Shown here piece by piece: positions 27,650 to 38,609 of a DNA stretch of 64,000 bases. The notes beneath the pieces are model-generated. The model ran no database searches. It was not told where the DNA came from and saw nothing but the letters and a program-made list of their open reading frames with translations. This DNA comes from Hyphomicrobium sp. (lineage in GTDB: Bacteria > Pseudomonadota > Alphaproteobacteria > Rhizobiales > Hyphomicrobiaceae). The stretch spans positions 10,003 through 74,002 of the forward strand of contig JBQTIA010000092.1 in NCBI GenBank assembly GCA_052388455.1, given 5' to 3'. Position 1 is the stretch's first letter. Every line of letters begins with the position of its first letter. The translations under genes and the position numbers were made by a program.

Positions 27650-28273
27650 TCACCGACGCCCGTCGCGCAGCGCGACGAGAAGCCGCTCGGCCTCGGAGAC
27701 GCTGGCGACGCCGAGCAGATGTTCTGACTGCTCGACGCGGTCGCCATCGGAATCCTTTGCGTATCCGGTGACGATCTTCAGCGAGCCGTGTCCGTCCGGC
27801 CGCTCGGTCCGCTCGAAGGTGCGTAGCTGATCCGGCGGCACGCTTTTGACGGTGATCGAGCGGCCCTGCGTGATGGTCAGCAGGCGCCTGTCGGTGATGA
27901 TGTGCGCCGTGCGACGAGCCTTCCAGGCCGCCCAGAACGGAGCCAGCAGCATGCCGGCGCCGACCAGAACGAAGGCGCCGGCGAAGATCAGCACGGCGCC
28001 CATGGCGATGTATTCCCCGGTCGGTATCGTTCGTGTCGACGGTACGTCCGCCGTGACGGACAGAACGAGGACGCCGAAGATCGTGAACATCAGCGCCGAC
28101 CAGGGCACGCCCATCAGCCAGATCGGCAGAGTCTGCAAAAATGCGGTTCTGGCTTTTGGGCGGCCAATCCAGCGGACGACCTCACCCCGGGTTTCCTGCT
28201 TGATGGCCGCAGCGAGCAATGGTGGCAGCGCACCCGACTGTTTCATGAGGCCAAAATAGGAGCGCCCCGTCAC
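27650..28273 (-). CDS. hypothetical two-TM membrane protein with C-terminal bacterial-PH-like domain
   Basis: Two hydrophobic helices (LPIWLMGVPWSALMFTIFGVLVLSV and YIAMGAVLIFAGAFVLVGAGMLLAPFW), then AHIITDRRLLTITQGRSITVKSVPPDQL. The architecture resembles YdbS/YdbT-type bPH proteins. This assignment is tentative. Confidence 0.5.
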   Translation of the reverse strand: MTGRSYFGLMKQSGALPPLLAAAIKQETRGEVVRWIGRPKARTAFLQTLPIWLMGVPWSALMFTIFGVLVLSVTADVPSTRTIPTGEYIAMGAVLIFAGAFVLVGAGMLLAPFWAAWKARRTAHIITDRRLLTITQGRSITVKSVPPDQLRTFERTERPDGHGSLKIVTGYAKDSDGDRVEQSEHLLGVASVSEAERLLVALRDGRR

Positions 28274-28540
28274 GGCGCCATGAACAGCCGGGCGCCGGCA
28301 GCGGCATTTCGAGCCCTCAGGTTAACAGAAAACGAAGACCCGGCCTGCTCTTGAACGGAAACGACGGCACGGCGGGATGCGGCGCCCGCCCCCTCGACAC
28401 ACGAGATGGATTCCGCTAATCACCGTCGCACATCCCGAACAGGGTCGCCCGCACTGGGCCGCACGAGCGGTACGCGCTGCGCTTTTTGGCCAGCGGTTCC
28501 GCTCCTCTGCATCGATGTCCAAATAAAAAAAGGAATCAAC

Positions 28541-29242
28541 ATGAACATCATTCAGCAGCTCGAGCGCGAGCAGATGGATGCCGTGCTTTCGAAGCGCGGC
28601 GTACCCGAGTTCGAACCCGGCGATACCGTCAAAGTCATGGTCAAGGTCGTCGAATCGGCGGAAATCGATCCCAAGGACAAAAACAAAAAAGCCGCCGCGC
28701 CGAAGGAACCCACCATCCGCTTCCAGGCCTACGAGGGCGTGGTGATCGCCCGGTCCGGCGCCGGCCTCAACGAGACCTTCACGGTCCGCAAGATTTCCTA
28801 CGGCGAGGGCGTGGAGCGCGTGTTCCCGATCTACTCGCCCTACATCGCCGAGATCGAAGTCGTCCGTCGCGGCCGCGTCCGCCGCGCCAAGCTCTATTAT
28901 CTGCGCGGCCGCCGCGGCAAGGCGGCCCGCATCTTCGAGCGTACGGACGCCCGCGCCCGCAAGCTCAACGCCGCCTGGAAGGGCTTCAAGAAGCCGAAGG
29001 GTGAGGCCGACGATCTGATGCGCATCAAAGGGATCGATGCCGAGCTTTTCGGCCGTCTCAAGCAGCTCAACTGCATCAAGTTCGAGCAGATCGCCAATTT
29101 CTCGGATGAGGACATCGCCAACGTCGACGATGCGCTCAATCTGAAAGGCCGCATCGAGAAGGACGATTGGATCGGTCAGGCCCGAACCCTGGTCGCCGAG
29201 GCTACCGCCGGCGAAGTTCCAGCCGAAGAAGCCAAGGGCTGA
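28541..29242 (+). CDS. rplS: 50S ribosomal protein L19 with internal insertion and long C-terminal extension
   Basis: Start at [12 protein letters not shown] (ATG 28541, AAAGGAA upstream). The L19 core is FEPGDTVKV...[11 protein letters not shown]...[21 protein letters not shown]...[19 protein letters not shown]. Total length is 233 aa against ~115-130 aa for a typical L19. Confidence 0.85.
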   Translation: MNIIQQLEREQMDAVLSKRGVPEFEPGDTVKVMVKVVESAEIDPKDKNKKAAAPKEPTIRFQAYEGVVIARSGAGLNETFTVRKISYGEGVERVFPIYSPYIAEIEVVRRGRVRRAKLYYLRGRRGKAARIFERTDARARKLNAAWKGFKKPKGEADDLMRIKGIDAELFGRLKQLNCIKFEQIANFSDEDIANVDDALNLKGRIEKDDWIGQARTLVAEATAGEVPAEEAKG

Positions 29243-29254
29243 TCAAGAAATATC

Positions 29255-29288
29255 GGGGCGGGATGCCAAAGGCGTCCCGCCCTTTTGT
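29255..29288 (+). terminator. Rho-independent terminator of rplS
   Basis: gggcggga-tgccaaaggcg-tcccgccc followed by ttttgt, 13 nt after the rplS stop. Confidence 0.6.
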
Positions 29289-29391
29289 ATGCCGCCCTGC
29301 CGGCCGGCCGCACTCGATCGAGTGCAGACCGAGCGACGGAAACTCCTGAACCGCGCCGTTAGCCTAACCGGGTCGGGTCGGGGGCAGGGCG

Positions 29392-30927
29392 ATGAAGCGA
29401 TACGGGACGATTTCGACGCTGGCCTTCGTCGGCATCGAGGCACGCGCCGTCGAAGTGCAGGCACGCATCACGCCCGGAAAAACCGCCTTCAACATCGTCG
29501 GACTGGCCGACAAGGCCGTCGCCGAAAGCCGCGAGCGGGTGCGCAACGCGCTGCACGCCATCGGCCTCGGTCTCCCTTATAAGCACCTGACCATCAATCT
29601 CGCGCCAGCCGATCTGCCCAAGGAAGGCAGCCACTACGACCTCGCCATCATCCTGGCCCTGCTGGTCGCCATGGACGCCCTGCCGCAGGATGCGATCTCG
29701 CGTTACGCAGCCATTGGCGAGCTGGCCTTGGACGGCTCCATCCGCAGCGTGCCCGGCGCGCTTCCCGCCGCCATCGGTGCCAATGCGGTCGGCAAGGGTT
29801 TGATATGCCCGTCCGAATGCGGTCCCGAGGCGGCCTGGGCCGGCGAAGACGTCGACGTGCTGGCGGCTTCACACCTGCTGTCGCTTCAGAACCACTTCAA
29901 GGGTTTCCAGACGCTGTCCCGCCCCAAACCCGGTCTCGACCGCGGGGAACGGACCCTGCTCGACCTCAAGGATGTCAGAGGCCAGGAAAGCGCCAAACGC
30001 GCGCTGGAAGTGGCCGCTGCCGGCGGCCACAACCTGCTGATGATCGGGCCGCCCGGATCGGGCAAGTCCATGCTGGCGTCGCGCCTTCCCTCGATCCTGC
30101 CGCCGCTCACGCCCGAGGAGATGCTCGACGTCTCGATGGTTCACAGCCTCGCCGGCGAACTGATGGGCGGCAAGCTCTGCACGGAGCGGCCGTTCCGCTC
30201 GCCGCACCACTCGGCCAGCATGCCGGCCCTGGTCGGTGGCGGCTCGCGGCCGAAGCCCGGAGAGGCGAGCCTCGCCCATCTCGGCGTGCTGTTCCTCGAC
30301 GAGCTGCCGGAATTCCAGCCCAACGTGCTCGATGCGCTTCGCCAGCCGCTCGAAACCGGCGAGATCATCGTGGCGCGCGCCAATCACCGGATTCTGTATC
30401 CGGCCCGCATCCAGCTCGTCGCGGCCATGAACCCATGCAAGTGCGGCGGTGGTGGACCCGGCCAGTCCTGTCGGCGCGGACCCCGCTGTGCCGACGACTA
30501 CCAGGCTCGAATCTCCGGCCCGCTGCTCGACCGCATCGATCTTCAGATCGAAGTGCCGGCGGTCTCGGCGGCGGATCTCTGCCTGCCGGCACCTCGCGAG
30601 GGCAGCACCGAGGTTCGCGCGCGCGTCACCCAAGCCCGCCAGCGCCAGCGCGATCGCCTCTCGGCGCTTGCGATCAAGGGTGTCCGCACGAATGCCGAGT
30701 GCTCCGGTCATGTGCTGGAGCAGATCGCCATGCCGGACGAGGCGGGCGTCGCACTGCTCCGGCAGGCGGCCGAGGCGATGAACCTGTCGGCGCGCGGGTT
30801 TCATCGGGTGATGAAGGTAGCGCGGACGCTTGCCGATCTCGATGGCGTCGAGCGCGTTGGGCGGATGCACATCGCGGAAGCGCTGAGCTATCGCGGTGAA
30901 GCCATGCGCCAGGGGCGCGCGGCGTAA
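29392..30927 (+). CDS. yifB: YifB/ComM family Mg-chelatase-like AAA+ ATPase
   Basis: N-terminal Lon-protease-like part (VEVQARI...NIVGLADKAVAESRERV), Walker A MIGPPGSGKSM, Walker B VLFLDELPEF, C-terminal ...FHRVMKVARTLADLDG. Confidence 0.9.
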   Translation: MKRYGTISTLAFVGIEARAVEVQARITPGKTAFNIVGLADKAVAESRERVRNALHAIGLGLPYKHLTINLAPADLPKEGSHYDLAIILALLVAMDALPQDAISRYAAIGELALDGSIRSVPGALPAAIGANAVGKGLICPSECGPEAAWAGEDVDVLAASHLLSLQNHFKGFQTLSRPKPGLDRGERTLLDLKDVRGQESAKRALEVAAAGGHNLLMIGPPGSGKSMLASRLPSILPPLTPEEMLDVSMVHSLAGELMGGKLCTERPFRSPHHSASMPALVGGGSRPKPGEASLAHLGVLFLDELPEFQPNVLDALRQPLETGEIIVARANHRILYPARIQLVAAMNPCKCGGGGPGQSCRRGPRCADDYQARISGPLLDRIDLQIEVPAVSAADLCLPAPREGSTEVRARVTQARQRQRDRLSALAIKGVRTNAECSGHVLEQIAMPDEAGVALLRQAAEAMNLSARGFHRVMKVARTLADLDGVERVGRMHIAEALSYRGEAMRQGRAA

Positions 30928-31001
30928 GCGGCTCAACGAGAGCCGTCGCGCGCTACGAACTGTTGCCGCCTTCGTTGCTTGGGTGCCGTCCTGTCCGCGG
31001 A

Positions 31002-33704
31002 TCAGAAGCGCTTCAACAGCCGTTCCAGGTAGTCCAGCTCCACCGGCGGCCGTGACGCTTCGCTCGACCGGCGGCGAAGCTCTTCGAGAATTTCCCGCGC
31101 CCGCTGCTGGTCGATCTGGTCCGGGACTTTCACCGACGTTCCGAGGTCTGGTCCTTGCGAGCGCTGCGGCCGTCCTAGCGGATCGCGAGGCGTCTTGCCG
31201 TCGCGCCCGTTGCGGCCCGGCATCTGAGCGGCCATCTGCTCACCCATCTGCTTGCCGCTTTCGCGCAGCTGCTCGAGCGCTTCTCCCTGCTGCTCGGTCG
31301 CCTCCGCGAAATCGCCCTCGCGCAGCGCCTGCTCGGCGCTCTGCATGGCGCTCTCGGCGGCGTCGAGCTGCTCCGGCGAGCCGAGGCCCTTTTCGCGCAG
31401 GTCGCGCTGCAGCTTCGCCAGCCGGTCCTTCAACTCGCGCTGACGCTGGCCGAGCTGGCCTTCGTTGCCTTCCTGGCCGGCGCCATCACCGTCCTCGCCA
31501 TTGGGGTCCACGCCTCCCTGCTGCTGTCCCTGCTGACCGCGCTGGCCCGGCTGACCGCCACGGCCGGCTTTGCGCTGGCCGCTGGGTGCGGAATTCTCGC
31601 CCTTCCGGCCCTTCTCGCCGCCCGGCATGCCGCGCATGTTGGGTTTCTGCTGGCCCTCGCCCTTCGAGCCGCCGTCCTCCTTGCGCATTTCCTCGAAAGT
31701 TTCGTCCATCAGCTTCTGCTGGTCGCCGGCCATGTCGCCGATGTCTTCCATGGCTTTCTGCATGTCGCGGCTCTGCTGGCGCTCCTTCTCGGTCATCTTG
31801 CCGGCCTGCAAGCGTTCCATGAGGTCCTGCATCTCGGACAGGAGTTGCTGGGCCTCCTCGCGCGAGCCGTTTCTGGCCATGTCCTCGAGATTTTTCATCA
31901 TCTCTTCCAGATCCTGCTGGCTCAGCGCCTCCTTGTTGGGATCGCGCCCTTCCTGCATGTCCTGGTCGCCGGCTTCCTTGGCGAGCTGCTGCATGTAGTC
32001 GTTGAGCGCCTGCTTTAATTCCTGCATCAGCTTGCGGATTTCTTCCTCGGAGGCGCCGCTTTCCAGTGCCTTGGCGAGCTTGTCCTGCGCCTCCTTCAGC
32101 CGACGCTCCGCTTCCGACAAATCGCCGTCCTCGATCCGGAGCGCGATGTGCCAGAGCTGCTTGATGCTGCTCGCCATGCCGGCGCGGGTGCGGTCGGCCT
32201 CCAGGCGATGATAGACCGTGCGCAGGCCGAGGTAGACGCGGGTGTCCTCGATGAAGCCCTCGGGCCGATAGGTCAGCGCGTCGAGCGCGGTCCGCACCTG
32301 ACGACGGTAGCGATGGTCGTCCAGCAGCTTGCGACGCTGCTCGACCACCGCCAGCGCCAGCGGCTTGGTGAAGCGCTTTTCCGGCAAGACGATCTCGATC
32401 GGCTCCGACGTCCCGGTCTGCCCGGCCACGTCCTTGGCGACCAGCCGCATCGTCACCTTGAGCCCGGCCCAGGGATGCGACGCGGTCTCGACATACGTGT
32501 GCTGCTCGCCGTCCTTCGATGACGCCGTCGGCAGCCTCAGCGTGATCGGCGGCGGCTTGACGGCCGGCCAGCGCGGTCCCTTCAGAGGCTCGGCCTGCGC
32601 CCAGGCTTTCGCCGGATCTACCGCCTTCTTCTTCGACTTTTCGAGCCGGGCTTCCGCCGACGCGACGCCGTAATCGTCCTCGACCTTGTAGGTCAATTTC
32701 ATCGAACCGCGCGGCGTGACCTCCGGCTTCTTGGTCAGCACGATGCGCGGTGCATGGTCGGGAATGACGTCGACGCGCCAGCGCGCCATCTCACGCCGGC
32801 CGTTCAGCACCCGCAGCACGACCGGGCGGCGCAGCTCGTAGCGGATTTCCGAAATGCCGCCGGCGGCCTTCTTTTCGTCGGCCATCAACGTCTGCGGCTC
32901 GGCCCCGTCGCCGCCGATCTCGATCGCCAACCGGTCGATGCCGGTTCCGCTGCCGCGCACGATGAGCATGCTGCGCTCGGGAACTTCAGGCGTCCCTTCG
33001 CCGAGCTTTACCTCGGCCGCGCTCGCCCCGCCGAGTGCGGCGGCGCCGTCCGCCAGCATCAGCGGCGGCTTGCCGGTGTAGGGCGGCGGCGACACCCAGG
33101 CATCGAGACGCGCGTCGATCCCGGCAGCCGTGCCGAACTTGAAGGCCGATTTCAAACGGTCGAGGGAGCCGGTGCCGATCAGGCCGCCGAGCGTGACGAT
33201 GAACAGCAGCAGCAGGGCCCGCAGCGCATAGGGATCATATCGGTCGGTGCGCGGCCGCGGCGGGCCCGGACGCAGTCCGGCGAGCGCCTGGGCCATGCGG
33301 AGACGGTGCGCCTTCCAGAGCTGCATGGTGGCCGGATCGGACGCCACGCTCGACAGCGTGTCTTCGTAGGAAGAGGCCGGGCGGTGCGGTACGCCCGAGA
33401 CGCGCTCGATGCGGCTGATGGCCTCCTCGCGCGTCGGCCAGTGGATGCGGCCGGCATAGATGATCGCCGCCAGAAGTGCGAGACCGAACAGGCCCGCGAA
33501 GACCGTGTGCATCGTGTCGCCGAGCATCGGCCACAGCCCGAGCAGCGAGGCCAGCACGAAAACGCCGGCGACAACGACGATGATCCACAGCCTGAGCCAG
33601 AGCTGCTCGAACACCATCGCGAGCCGCGCGCGGCGCACCTTGCGCTCGAAGCTGCGTGTCAGCGTCAGGCGACTGGCGGTGTCGTGGCTTTTCGAGGGGC
33701 GCAT
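31002..33704 (-). CDS. TIGR02302-type (DUF4175) large alphaproteobacterial membrane protein with Gln/Gly/Glu-rich low-complexity C-terminal region
   Basis: 900 aa with 2-3 N-terminal TM helices (LWLRLWIIVVVAGVFVLASLLGLW, VFAGLFGLALLAAIIYA). It has long acidic coiled regions and a GQQGQQQGG-type low-complexity stretch. This fits the TIGR02302 family description as I remember it. Confidence 0.7.
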   Translation of the reverse strand: MRPSKSHDTASRLTLTRSFERKVRRARLAMVFEQLWLRLWIIVVVAGVFVLASLLGLWPMLGDTMHTVFAGLFGLALLAAIIYAGRIHWPTREEAISRIERVSGVPHRPASSYEDTLSSVASDPATMQLWKAHRLRMAQALAGLRPGPPRPRTDRYDPYALRALLLLFIVTLGGLIGTGSLDRLKSAFKFGTAAGIDARLDAWVSPPPYTGKPPLMLADGAAALGGASAAEVKLGEGTPEVPERSMLIVRGSGTGIDRLAIEIGGDGAEPQTLMADEKKAAGGISEIRYELRRPVVLRVLNGRREMARWRVDVIPDHAPRIVLTKKPEVTPRGSMKLTYKVEDDYGVASAEARLEKSKKKAVDPAKAWAQAEPLKGPRWPAVKPPPITLRLPTASSKDGEQHTYVETASHPWAGLKVTMRLVAKDVAGQTGTSEPIEIVLPEKRFTKPLALAVVEQRRKLLDDHRYRRQVRTALDALTYRPEGFIEDTRVYLGLRTVYHRLEADRTRAGMASSIKQLWHIALRIEDGDLSEAERRLKEAQDKLAKALESGASEEEIRKLMQELKQALNDYMQQLAKEAGDQDMQEGRDPNKEALSQQDLEEMMKNLEDMARNGSREEAQQLLSEMQDLMERLQAGKMTEKERQQSRDMQKAMEDIGDMAGDQQKLMDETFEEMRKEDGGSKGEGQQKPNMRGMPGGEKGRKGENSAPSGQRKAGRGGQPGQRGQQGQQQGGVDPNGEDGDGAGQEGNEGQLGQRQRELKDRLAKLQRDLREKGLGSPEQLDAAESAMQSAEQALREGDFAEATEQQGEALEQLRESGKQMGEQMAAQMPGRNGRDGKTPRDPLGRPQRSQGPDLGTSVKVPDQIDQQRAREILEELRRRSSEASRPPVELDYLERLLKRF

Positions 33705-33942
33705 CGGCGGACTCTCGGTTGACTGCGTGACCGGACCTTAGCATTCCGGTCGCGTCTGTCAGATTACCAAGCGGCAATGTTGGCTTCTCTTTGCCGATGG
33801 TCCCTCCCCCGCGTCGTGTAGATACTCTTTCCACACGTCGTCCCTTCGAAGGCGGCCTACCATCACACCGCATACTTCTAATCACAATCGTGCGTCCGGC
33901 TTGGACAGGCCACTGCCACCGTCGCGGGGATGACGGGATTGG

Positions 33943-35211
33943 TCAGCCGAGCCAATCGGGGATGCGGTCGGCGGCGAGCATCTGGTCGTAGCTCGGACGG
34001 GGGCGGATAACGGCCGTTTGCGAGCCCCGGACCAGCACCTCCGGCACTAGGGGGCGGGTGTTGTACTCCGACGCCATGACCGCCCCGTAGGCGCCGGCCG
34101 TCATCACGGCCATCAGGTCTCCGGGCGCGAAAGCGGGCAGCGGCCGCCGGACCGCCAGATAGTCTCCGGTCTCGCAGACCGGGCCGACGATGTCCTGCAC
34201 GACGGGCTCACGGCTGCGCAGCGCCTCCTCGACGGGCCAGATGTCGTGATGCGCCTCGTAGAGCGTCGGCCTCAGGAGGTCGTTCATGGCTGCGTCGACG
34301 ATGGTGAAAAGGCTTTCGGCCCCGCGCTTGGCGTAGATGACGCGCGTGACCAGCACACCCGCGTTTCCGACGATCATGCGGCCGGGTTCGAGCACCAGTT
34401 TCAGACCGAGATCACCGAGCTCGGCCGCGGCGACCGCAGCATACTCGTCGGGATGCGGGGGCACGTCGTTTGAGCCGCGATAGGGCACGCCGAGGCCGCC
34501 TCCGATGTCGAGATGCTCCAGCTCATGTCCCTCGCGGCGCAGCTCTATGGCGAGGTCGCGCATCAGCCGGAACGCGGCGCGGAACGGTGCCAGCGTGGTG
34601 ATCTGGCTGCCGATGTGCATATGGATGCCGGCCACCCGGATGCCGGGCAGCGCACGGGCATGGGCATAGAGCGCCAAGGCCCGATCGTAGGGAATACCGA
34701 ACTTGTTCTCCGCCTTGCCCGTCGAGATCTTGGCGTGCGTCTGCGCATCCACGTCGGGGTTGACGCGGATGGCGACGCGCGCGGTCGCGCCCTTGCCGGC
34801 CGCCACCTCGCTCAAGGCGTCCAGCTCCGGCTCGCTCTCGACGTTGAAGCCGAGAATGCCCTCGTCCAAGGCATAGGCCATCTCGGCGCGGGTCTTGCCG
34901 ACACCGGCGAAAATGATGCGATCCGGAAGTACTCCGGCCGCCCGGGCACGGCGCAATTCGCCTTCCGAGACGACATCCATGCCGGCGCCGAGGCGGGCCA
35001 TGGTCTTGAGCACTGCAAGGTTGGAGCACGCTTTGACGGCGAAGCAGATCAGCGCGTTCTGACCCCTGAACGCCTGCGCCAGCACCATGAAATGCCGTTC
35101 GAGCGTCGCCGTCGAGTAGCAGTAGAAGGGCGTGCCGACCTCGTCCGCGAGGCGCGCGAGGGAGACCTCTTCGGCGTGCAGAACGCCGCCGCGGTAGTCG
35201 AAATGATGCAT
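33943..35211 (-). CDS. lysA: diaminopimelate decarboxylase
   Basis: GTPFYCYS...FAVKACSN (PLP Lys)...HIGSQI...DIGGGLGVPY...EPGR...CETGD is canonical LysA. Confidence 0.95.
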   Translation of the reverse strand: MHHFDYRGGVLHAEEVSLARLADEVGTPFYCYSTATLERHFMVLAQAFRGQNALICFAVKACSNLAVLKTMARLGAGMDVVSEGELRRARAAGVLPDRIIFAGVGKTRAEMAYALDEGILGFNVESEPELDALSEVAAGKGATARVAIRVNPDVDAQTHAKISTGKAENKFGIPYDRALALYAHARALPGIRVAGIHMHIGSQITTLAPFRAAFRLMRDLAIELRREGHELEHLDIGGGLGVPYRGSNDVPPHPDEYAAVAAAELGDLGLKLVLEPGRMIVGNAGVLVTRVIYAKRGAESLFTIVDAAMNDLLRPTLYEAHHDIWPVEEALRSREPVVQDIVGPVCETGDYLAVRRPLPAFAPGDLMAVMTAGAYGAVMASEYNTRPLVPEVLVRGSQTAVIRPRPSYDQMLAADRIPDWLG

Positions 35212-35423
35212 GGAGTGGCCCGGCTTGGTTCGGGCAGGAGCTATACGGGGCGCAGCCCGTCCCGCGCAATGGCCCCTCGCAATGATCTGCGCCGTGCCAG
35301 ATTGTCTGGTTTAGGCTCTTCCGTTAACAAATTGATAAGTCTGAATTTTTGGCAGAATTCAACGACTTGGATGTAGGCTTAGAAAGATGTCCCGTTGCCA
35401 TTTGCAGTTTCGGAATCGGCAGC

Positions 35424-36659
35424 ATGATCGCAAACTCGAAAGTCAATCGCTGGTTTGACTCACTCACCGCCGGCACAGGGGGTGGCGTATCCATCCTCTT
35501 TGGTGTTTCGCTGATCGTGCTGGCTGGTGCGGTCGGTGTAGCGATGGACTCATCGAGGGCGCACCGTGCCAGCAATGCGTTGCAGGGTGCGCTCGACGCC
35601 GGTGTCCTGGCGGCCGCCAAGCTCGAACCGGGCTCGGAACTGGAACAGATTGTTTCGGTGGCCACTGCCAGCGCTCGATTCAACCTCGAAACAGAGCCTG
35701 AATTGCGGGCTGGAGCCAAACTCGAATTCAAGCAGGAAGGTGGAGTCGTCCGTGGCATCGCCCATTATGAGATGGAAACGACGCTGACCCGCGTCCTCGG
35801 AATCAATTCACTCAAGCTGACGTTGAACAGTGCGGCGACCAGTGCCAGCACCGGGGTGGAGCTGATGCTCGTGCTCGACGTGAGCGGCTCGATGGGCAGC
35901 CGCGGAAAAATCGACGCAGCGCGTCAGGCGTCGGTCGAACTGATTGATCTGATTTATGGAAATGCCGAAACGCGACCCGACACTTACGTCGGCATTACTC
36001 CATTTTCTGGCCGTGTGAACATCAACGGTTACGGGCGTGCCTGGATGACCGGTGCGGCACCGTCCAGTGCAGCCAGCAAGCTTTGCACCGATCTGCGCTC
36101 GACTGGCACCGAGGAAAACGACGAACTCCCCTCGATTGAACCATTCCCCTATTTCTCGGGCAGTACGAATGTCTGCCCAGACTTCGAGGCGGTTGGTCTC
36201 TCCACCCACAAGACCCCGGTCCGCGAGGCCGTAATGGCACTGGAGCCTGGCCATGGCACAAGTACCAACAAGGGCATGGTATGGGGCTGGCGCATGATTT
36301 CCCCTAAGTGGAAAGGCATGTGGGGGAACCCCGACCTGCCGCTCTCACGCGCTGAATCGCCCGGCAAGATCGTCGTCATGATGACCGATGGACAGAACCA
36401 TCCAGGCCAGTCCGGCGATCCCTACACGACAGCCGAAGCCGACGCACAGCTCCTGCGCGAATGCACGGCCATGAAGGAAGAGGGCATTCGCATTTTCACC
36501 GTAGCCCTCGACATGGGGAGCGCGCTGACCAGTCTTTATCAGCAGTGCGCCACCTCACCCTCCAATCATTACGATGCTGCCGACGGTACAGAGCTGCAGC
36601 GCGTTTTCAATGAGATTGGCGGCATCATCTCGCGCGGACATGTCCGGCTCGTCGATTGA
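35424..36659 (+). CDS. TadG-like N-terminal domain / von Willebrand factor A (vWA) domain protein
   Basis: Start placed at MIANSKVNRWF. TadE/G-like TM segment GGVSILFGVSLIVLAGAVGVAMDSSRAH. MIDAS motif LVLDVSGSMG. It is preceded by an AT-rich patch (35300-35400). Confidence 0.7.
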   Translation: MIANSKVNRWFDSLTAGTGGGVSILFGVSLIVLAGAVGVAMDSSRAHRASNALQGALDAGVLAAAKLEPGSELEQIVSVATASARFNLETEPELRAGAKLEFKQEGGVVRGIAHYEMETTLTRVLGINSLKLTLNSAATSASTGVELMLVLDVSGSMGSRGKIDAARQASVELIDLIYGNAETRPDTYVGITPFSGRVNINGYGRAWMTGAAPSSAASKLCTDLRSTGTEENDELPSIEPFPYFSGSTNVCPDFEAVGLSTHKTPVREAVMALEPGHGTSTNKGMVWGWRMISPKWKGMWGNPDLPLSRAESPGKIVVMMTDGQNHPGQSGDPYTTAEADAQLLRECTAMKEEGIRIFTVALDMGSALTSLYQQCATSPSNHYDAADGTELQRVFNEIGGIISRGHVRLVD

Positions 36660-36748
36660 TGTGTTCACGCGCATGAACTACGTCGCCGAAGCGATACGGC
36701 GGTCACTTCCGGGGCGCATAGCCCTTGGTTCCGGCTTTCAATGCAGAA

Positions 36749-36952
36749 TTAGCGGATCAGCCCGTCGAGGATGAAGCCCTTGTGCGGCTTGGGGGCGGCG
36801 TCGGCCGGTTTGCCCTGGCCGCTCTCGGCGCTGGCGCTGGTATCGGTCGACGTCTCGGAGTTGGGAGGCGGCTCTAGCGCGCCACGAATGCCGCAGCCCG
36901 CCAGCGAAAGCGCCAGCAGGGAAAGGACGGCCAGGGTGCGAACGCTGCTCAA
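36749..36952 (-). CDS. small lipoprotein (Ser/Pro/Ala-rich) between argH and lysA
   Basis: Proposed TTG start (comp. 36950-36952) with GAGGA 7 nt upstream. Reads SSVRTLAVLSLLALSLAGCG (lipobox LAGC). A small lipoprotein between argH and lysA is common in proteobacteria. Confidence 0.5.
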   Translation of the reverse strand: MSSVRTLAVLSLLALSLAGCGIRGALEPPPNSETSTDTSASAESGQGKPADAAPKPHKGFILDGLIR

Positions 36953-37149
36953 TTCGTGTCCTCGACTTGCCTCGACCTGATGAGGCCCACTCCTGCGCAT
37001 ACTTTGGAGCGTCCTATTTCCTTGTGGCTGAGAGGCCCGCGTGCACGCGGCCGGCCGGCCGACCAGTGCGAACCCTCGTATGCACCACTACCCCGCTCGA
37101 CACACCCTATGCAGCGGCGCCGGGGAAATTCCGGTGCTGCATCTCATAC

Positions 37150-38595
<1,446 letters not shown>

Positions 38596-38609
38596 GATGG
38601 GACACGCCG

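Noticed and set aside
31400-31700. Repetitive-looking GC-rich nucleotide stretch (ctgctg/ggccgg periodicity) that could be mistaken for a tandem repeat or CRISPR-like array
   Set aside because: It is the coding sequence of the Gln/Gly-rich low-complexity region (GQPGQRGQQGQQQGG...) of the TIGR02302-type protein. There is no repeat-spacer structure.
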